Assembly: GCF_042660085.1 (NCBI RefSeq)
Contig: NZ_JBHSTI010000008.1
Coordinates: 2,235,604-2,267,603, forward strand
Direction: 5' to 3'
Source of the DNA: Longivirga aurantiaca
GTDB taxonomy: Bacteria > Actinomycetota > Actinomycetes > S36-B12 > CAIYMF01
Length of the DNA: 32,000 nt
Position numbers and translations under genes: made by a program. Below, one piece after another: positions 27,211-32,000 of the stretch. Numbering within the stretch: the stretch's first letter is position 1; every line of letters starts with the position of its first letter. A model generated the notes under the pieces. The model was not told where the DNA came from and made no database searches. It was given only the letters and a program-made list of their open reading frames with translations.

Positions 27211-28524
27211 GTGGCCGACGTGCTCCGTGGCCCGATCGGCTGGAAGCACCGGGCCTGGGCCGTCGCGGGGGTCACCTTCGTCGCCCTCGTGGCCGCGGCT
27301 GCGTTTCGCTCGAGCACCGGCGTCCTGATCCAGCCCGTGTCCGACGAGTTCGGCTGGTCGATCGCGACCGTGTCGGTCGCGGTCACGATCAACCTCATGC
27401 TCTACGGCCTCGTGGCGCCGTTCGCTGCGGCGCTCATGGAGAAGTGGGGCATCCGACGGGTCGTCGCGGCTGCCCTCTGCATGCTCGCGGCCGGCATGGC
27501 GCTGTCGACCCTCGTCACGGCGCCGTGGCAGCTCATGCTCACCTGGGGCCTGATGATGGGCCTCGGCGCCGGGTCGATGGCCCTGGTGTTCGGCGCCGTG
27601 GTCGCTCAGCGCTGGTTCGTGGCCCGCCGCGGGCTCGTGACCGGCATCTTCTCCGCAGCGTCGGCGACCGGGCAGCTCCTGTTCCTCCCCACCATCGCGC
27701 AGCTCTCGACGAACCAGGGCTGGCGCGCGGCGTCGTTCCTGCTCGCGGGGATCGCGCTGCTCGCCGTGCCGGTCGTGCTGCTCGTCCTCCGGGACCGGCC
27801 CTCCGACGTCGGGCTCCTCCCGTACGGCGCTCCCACGGGCTGGACCGAGGACGTCGTCGACAACGGCGGACGCGGGGCGGCGGCGATCGCCGTGCTCCGG
27901 CTGCGCGAGGCCTCGAGGACCCGCGCCTTCTGGCTGCTCGCCTTCGCGTTCTTCGTGTGCGGCTGGTCGACCAACGGCCTGGTCGGCACCCACTTCGTGC
28001 CGGCGGCGCACGACCACGGGATGCCCGCGACGACCGCGGCAGGGCTGCTCGCCCTCATCGGGGTCTTCGACCTCGTCGGCACGATCGGGTCGGGCTGGCT
28101 CACCGACCGGTACGACCCCCGCAAGCTCCTGCTCGTCTACTACGCGGGCCGCGGGCTCTCGCTGCTGATCGTGCACCTGCTCTGGGCGCCGACCGTGCAG
28201 CCGCCGATGTTCTTCTTCGTCGTCCTCTATGGCCTCGACTGGGTCGCGACCGTGCCGCCGACCGTGGCGCTGTGCCGCGAGTGCTTCGGCGGTGCGCGGG
28301 CGGGAGTCGTCTTCGGCTGGGTGTTCGCCTGGCACATGGTCGGCGCAGGGATCTCCGCCGTGGTGTCCGGCGTGATCCGGGAGGCCACCGGCTCCTACGA
28401 CTGGGCCTGGTGGTCGGCCGGCGCGCTCTGCCTGATGGCGGCGTGGGCGTCGTACGCCGTGCCTCGCGGCGACGTTCTGCGCGTGCCCGACCCGGCCCCC
28501 GCGCCGCAGCTCACCCCGCGCTGA
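27211..28524 (+). CDS. MFS transporter
   Basis: GTG start; ~12 hydrophobic segments; VLIQPVSDEFGWSIATVSVAVTINLMLYGL and LTDRYDPRKLLLVYYAGRG motifs. Confidence 0.9.
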   Translation: MADVLRGPIGWKHRAWAVAGVTFVALVAAAAFRSSTGVLIQPVSDEFGWSIATVSVAVTINLMLYGLVAPFAAALMEKWGIRRVVAAALCMLAAGMALSTLVTAPWQLMLTWGLMMGLGAGSMALVFGAVVAQRWFVARRGLVTGIFSAASATGQLLFLPTIAQLSTNQGWRAASFLLAGIALLAVPVVLLVLRDRPSDVGLLPYGAPTGWTEDVVDNGGRGAAAIAVLRLREASRTRAFWLLAFAFFVCGWSTNGLVGTHFVPAAHDHGMPATTAAGLLALIGVFDLVGTIGSGWLTDRYDPRKLLLVYYAGRGLSLLIVHLLWAPTVQPPMFFFVVLYGLDWVATVPPTVALCRECFGGARAGVVFGWVFAWHMVGAGISAVVSGVIREATGSYDWAWWSAGALCLMAAWASYAVPRGDVLRVPDPAPAPQLTPR

Positions 28525-28525
28525 C

Positions 28526-29173
28526 TCAGGCCTCGGCGCCGACGAGCTCGCGCGTCCGCGTCGGCTCGGGCCGCGCGTCGGCTCCGCGACGGCGGGCCAT
28601 CTCGACGCCGGTGATCACGAAGTTGGTGCTGAGCGTCATGATCGCGGCGACGAGCACCGGAACGTCGAGGGTGAGGACGGCGAACGCCAGCCAGCACAGC
28701 TGCGACACGACCTTGAGCAGCTGCGAGGTCAGCGAGATCGCCGACGGACCCATGCCGCGGCGCAGCCACACCGTCTCGAACACCTGCGGCCACATACCGG
28801 TGAGGCCGATGGCGAGGGCGAAGAAGCCGGCCACCTCGGGCTCGAGCAGCGTCGACACGAGCACCATCGCTACGGTCGTGAGGGCGAGTCCGACCGCGCG
28901 CACCGCACGGCTCCAGGCCGCCGGCACGAGCAGCACGATCGCGACCGCGCCGCTCACGAGCAGGATGTTGCCCGGGATCTGCGGCATCGAGCCCGTGCGC
29001 ACGCCGTACGCGATCCAGGTCGTGCAGGACACGACCGTGATCGCCCAGGTCCACGGGGACACACCGCCCATGTGCGGGTGGCGCACGATCCGGAGGATCT
29101 GCGGGATGACCATGGCGACGCCGATGGCGGAGCCGAGGTAGGCGAGGGCGGTGCCGAGGTCTGCGGGGCTCAC
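28526..29173 (-). CDS. Full-length (7-TM) PQ-loop / SWEET-like transporter
   Basis: Two PQ motifs: GVAMVIPQILRIV in segment 1 and GMWPQVFETVW in segment 5; seven hydrophobic segments read in a 3+1+3 pattern. GTG start at 29173. Confidence 0.8.
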   Translation of the reverse strand: MSPADLGTALAYLGSAIGVAMVIPQILRIVRHPHMGGVSPWTWAITVVSCTTWIAYGVRTGSMPQIPGNILLVSGAVAIVLLVPAAWSRAVRAVGLALTTVAMVLVSTLLEPEVAGFFALAIGLTGMWPQVFETVWLRRGMGPSAISLTSQLLKVVSQLCWLAFAVLTLDVPVLVAAIMTLSTNFVITGVEMARRRGADARPEPTRTRELVGAEA

Positions 29174-29190
29174 GTGGGGACTTCCTGCTT

Positions 29191-29204
29191 CTGTATGGAT
29201 ACAG
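29191..29204. promoter_or_regulatory. Palindrome CTGTAT-GG-ATACAG (candidate operator)
   Basis: Perfect 6-bp arms in the divergent gap between the PQ-loop gene and the LacI-family gene; an additional ATACAG half-site at 29214-29219. Confidence 0.5.
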
Positions 29205-29229
29205 TCTGGAACGATACAGGACGAACAAG

Positions 29230-29243
29230 GGATCGGTCGATCC
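29230..29243. promoter_or_regulatory. Palindrome GGATCG-GT-CGATCC (candidate operator)
   Basis: Perfect 6-bp arms, 2-bp centre, 28 bp upstream of the LacI-family gene start. Confidence 0.45.
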
Positions 29244-29271
29244 GTATTCCCGGTCGAGAGGAGAGCGTGAG

Positions 29272-30321
29272 GTGGCAGCCGAGCGGCCCACGCTGGACAC
29301 CGTCGCGCAGGCGGCCGGTGTCTCGCGGATGACCGTGTCGAACGCCTACAACCGGCCCGACCAGCTCTCGGCCGCCACCCGGGCGCGCGTGCTCGCCGTC
29401 GCCGCCGAGCTCGGGTACGGCGGCCCCGATCCTGCCGGCCGCTCCTTGCGCCGCGGCAGCACGGGCACGATCGGCATCGTCCTCACCGAGAGCCTGTCGT
29501 ACGCCTTCACCGACCCGGGCCTGGTCGCCTTCCTCCGCGGCATCGCCGACGTCCTGTCCCCCGCAGGAAGGGCGATGCTGCTCGTGCCCACGCACGCCGG
29601 CGGCGCGGAGGACCTCGTCCGCTCCGCCCTGGTCGACGCGTTCGTCGTCTGCTCGCTCGGCGACGACGACCCGGTCGTCGCGGCCGTGCGCAGCCGCGGG
29701 CTGCCCCTCGTCACCATGGGCTCGCCACGGCTCAAGGGCGTGCCGTTCCTCGGCATCGACAACGCGGCAGCCTCAGGGCTCGCCGCCGACCACCTCGTCG
29801 CGCTCGGGCACCGGCGGCTCGCCGTCGTCGGCGTGCCCACCACCATGACGCTCGACCCCGACGGTCCGGCGGTCCCGTCGCGCGGTGGCTTCCGCCGACG
29901 CGTCGAGGGGTTCGTGGCGGCCGCGTCGAGGCACGGCGTCGACCCGGCATCGATCACGGTGGTCGAGGCGCGCAACAACTCCACCGACGCCGGGCGAGAG
30001 GCCGCGGCCGCGCTCATGACCGGGCGGCGGCGCCCCACCGGGATCTTCGCGGTGAGCGATGCGCTCGCCCTCGGGGTGCTGGGTGCCGCTGCGGACGCCG
30101 ACCTGCACGTGCCGGGCGACGTCTCGGTCGTCGGGTTCGATGGGATCGACGAGGCCGGCTACAGCCGGCCGCCGCTCACGACCGTCGCGCAGGATCTGCG
30201 CGCCCAGGGGCGCCTCGCGGGCACCGCCGCGCTCACCCTGCTCGAGGGCAGTCCGGTACAGATTCCGAGGACCGTGCCCGAGCTCGTGGTGCGGGCGAGC
30301 ACCGCTCCCCCGCGTCGCTGA
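29272..30321 (+). CDS. LacI-family transcriptional regulator
   Basis: TLDTVAQAAGVSRMTVSNAYNRPDQLSAATRARVLAVAAELGY HTH; GDVSVVGFDGIDEAGYSRPPLTTVAQ C-terminal signature; GAGAGGAGAG upstream of the GTG. Confidence 0.95.
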   Translation: MAAERPTLDTVAQAAGVSRMTVSNAYNRPDQLSAATRARVLAVAAELGYGGPDPAGRSLRRGSTGTIGIVLTESLSYAFTDPGLVAFLRGIADVLSPAGRAMLLVPTHAGGAEDLVRSALVDAFVVCSLGDDDPVVAAVRSRGLPLVTMGSPRLKGVPFLGIDNAAASGLAADHLVALGHRRLAVVGVPTTMTLDPDGPAVPSRGGFRRRVEGFVAAASRHGVDPASITVVEARNNSTDAGREAAAALMTGRRRPTGIFAVSDALALGVLGAAADADLHVPGDVSVVGFDGIDEAGYSRPPLTTVAQDLRAQGRLAGTAALTLLEGSPVQIPRTVPELVVRASTAPPRR

Positions 30322-30672
30322 TCAGCCCTGCAGCAGCTCGGGGTCGGACAGCCCGTCGTCCTCGCGTGCGGGCTGGGCCCGGAGTGCGGCGGAGCGGTCG
30401 AGCACGCCGTCGGCGACGAACGAGGCCACGACTCCCGCGCCGCACAGGATGCACAGCGCGATGGAGATGACCCCCAGCACCGGGGTCCCGGCGAGGAGCA
30501 CATCGGTGATCGCGCTGCGCGAGCTCCGGATGATCTCGCCCGTCTCCGGGTCGATGTCCGGGATGTCGGAGATCGCGTTGAAGGTCGTCGCCGAGAGCAC
30601 GGCGAAGGCGAGGATCCCGAGGAGGCCGAACACCACGGCTGCGAGGACGAGACGACGACGAAGACCTGACAT
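30322..30672 (-). CDS. Small membrane protein (two TM segments)
   Basis: MSGLRRRLVLAAVVFGLLGILAFAVLSATTFN...VLGVISIALCILCGAGVVASFVADGVL. Confidence 0.75.
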   Translation of the reverse strand: MSGLRRRLVLAAVVFGLLGILAFAVLSATTFNAISDIPDIDPETGEIIRSSRSAITDVLLAGTPVLGVISIALCILCGAGVVASFVADGVLDRSAALRAQPAREDDGLSDPELLQG

Positions 30673-30753
30673 GTGGCACCCCCCGGTGCCGGCGGTCCCT
30701 CCGCCGACGCCCCGACCGTAGTGCAGGTGGGGTGCCGGATGCCTCAGCGACGC

Positions 30754-31410
30754 TCAGCGGCTGGTGGGCACGACCGAGAGGCGCACAGGGCCGGCGCTGT
30801 TGCGCACGAAGACCTGCCCCGCGGGGGTCACGAGGCGCTTCCACCCCGTGGTGGTGCCGGTCTCGATGCGGGCACCGGGATGGGTGAGGAAGCCGAGCAG
30901 CCGCGCGGCATGCAGAGCGCGCATCGGCACGCCGCCCCAGCCTGCGGCGTCCCACGCGGCCTCGGCCACGAGCTCGGCGTGGAACGAGCCGTTGCTCGGC
31001 ACCGCGGCGCGGAACGCGGCGACCGCGGCGTCCACCTTGGGCGTCACGTCGCCGGCCATGCCGCGCTCGCCCGGGCTCCACGGCGTACGCGGTGGCAGCA
31101 CCGCGAGCGACGCCGATCCGGTGACGGGGTCGGGGATGACGACGTCGGTCTCCGGCGCCAGCCGGGCGACGTCGCCGATCACGTCGCGCAGACGTCCGGC
31201 CGACACCGTGGTGTCGATCGAGTCCTCGACCGGGTGCACCAGGGGCAGCGCGACGAGGACGAGCACGTCCATCGGGCTCGGGCCGTAGACGCCGACGACG
31301 CCCCCGCGCGCCTGCAGCCGGACGGCTGAGCGCTCGTCCCACGAGACGAGACGGCCGAGGTACGCCGCGAGGTACGCGACCTCGTCCTTGGCCAGCCTGA
31401 GCGTCGTCAC
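30754..31410 (-). CDS. Hypothetical protein
   Basis: MTTLRLAKDEVAYLAAYLGRLVSWDERSAVRLQARGGVVGVYGPSPMDVLVLVALPL...; coherent 218-aa ORF just downstream of the thioesterase gene. Confidence 0.75.
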   Translation of the reverse strand: MTTLRLAKDEVAYLAAYLGRLVSWDERSAVRLQARGGVVGVYGPSPMDVLVLVALPLVHPVEDSIDTTVSAGRLRDVIGDVARLAPETDVVIPDPVTGSASLAVLPPRTPWSPGERGMAGDVTPKVDAAVAAFRAAVPSNGSFHAELVAEAAWDAAGWGGVPMRALHAARLLGFLTHPGARIETGTTTGWKRLVTPAGQVFVRNSAGPVRLSVVPTSR

Positions 31411-31423
31411 GGGGGCAACCCTG

Positions 31424-31840
31424 TCAGGAAGCCGGACCGTCCGCGAACTGTGCGAGGTAGCCGCGCAACGAGTCGTCGAGCGGGGCGGGCCGCATGCTCC
31501 CGTTGTCGACCTGCACGAGCACGGACCGCCCGACGGCGTAGACCGTGTCGCCCTCGGGCTCGCGGATCTCGTGGACGAACGTGTACGACGTCGTGCCGAT
31601 GCGCTCGACCCAGGTGTCGACGGCGATCGGCTCGTCCCGGTGGTTGAGCACCGCGCGGTAGTCGAGCTCGAGCCGGGCCACCACGGTGTCCTGCTGCGGA
31701 TGCCGGAGCCCGCCCCGCCACCGCAGGATGATCTCCATGCGGGCCTCCTGCAGGTACGTCGCGTAGACGACGTTGTTCACATGGCCGAGCCAGTCGAGGT
31801 CGGCCGTGCGGGTCTGCAGCAGGTAGCGGTGGCGGGCCAC
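31424..31840 (-). CDS. Hotdog-fold acyl-CoA thioesterase
   Basis: VARHRYLLQTRTADLDWLGHVNNVVYATYLQEARMEIIL, the 4HBT active-site pattern. GTG at 31840. Confidence 0.9.
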   Translation of the reverse strand: MARHRYLLQTRTADLDWLGHVNNVVYATYLQEARMEIILRWRGGLRHPQQDTVVARLELDYRAVLNHRDEPIAVDTWVERIGTTSYTFVHEIREPEGDTVYAVGRSVLVQVDNGSMRPAPLDDSLRGYLAQFADGPAS

Positions 31841-31847
31841 GGGCGCG

Positions 31848-32000
31848 TCAGTCGCGGGTGAGCTTGCGGTACGTCGCACGGTGCGGGCGGGCCGCCTCGG
31901 CGCCGAGCCGCTCGATCTTGTTCTTCTCGTAGGAGTCGAAGTTGCCCTCGAACCAGAACCACTGCGAGTCGCCCTCGTAGGCGAGGATGTGCGTCGCCAC
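31848..32000 (-). CDS. ettA: Energy-dependent translational throttle protein EttA (ABC-F), C-terminal fragment; 5' part beyond the right edge
   Basis: Manual reading gives VATHILAYEGDSQWFWFEGNFDSYEKNKIERLGAEAARPHRATYRKLTRD*, matching the EttA C-terminus. Confidence 0.92.
   Translation of the reverse strand: MATHILAYEGDSQWFWFEGNFDSYEKNKIERLGAEAARPHRATYRKLTRD

Noticed and set aside
21022-28335. Long minus-strand ORFs 21022-22461, 22160-23383, 23441-25144, 25439-27172 and 26947-28335
   Set aside because: Antisense to clearly identified peptidase, MscS, SDR, GH13 and MFS genes; composition typical of shadow frames.
27105-29141. 678-aa plus-strand ORF
   Set aside because: Alternate frame to the MFS gene and antisense to the PQ-loop gene; Arg-rich noise.

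Overview
High-GC actinobacterial chromosomal segment with densely packed genes. The supplied ORF track contains many GC-bias shadow ORFs on the opposite strands. Supported content, left to right: a partial Pls/PosA-type NRPS (adenylation + carrier + membrane/hexapeptide terminal domain, minus strand, running off the left edge); a divergent ankyrin-repeat lipoprotein; an orphan secreted protein behind a PHO-box-like promoter; a tandem class III nucleotide cyclase/ATPase/TPR-like protein; Nei/Fpg glycosylase; rpiB; pepN; a DUF5130-like protein with a small membrane protein; malQ; an amidase; two small Cys-containing proteins; an S9 prolyl oligopeptidase; an MscS-family channel; a 49-bp perfect direct repeat pair; an SDR-DUF2867-like protein; a truncated haemoglobin (glbO type); GH13 alpha-glucosidase; an MFS transporter; a full-length 7-TM PQ-loop (SWEET-like) protein; a LacI-family regulator; small conserved proteins; a hotdog thioesterase; and the 3' end of ettA at the right edge. 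I saw no CRISPR array, tRNA/rRNA, transposase, integrase, or recognisable defence island. The observations most worth following up are the composite-active-site cyclase, the PHO-box/secreted orphan locus, the 7-TM SWEET-like protein in a sugar cassette, the duplicated 49-bp intergenic element, and the Pls/PosA NRPS next to an ankyrin lipoprotein. None is proven to be a new system.
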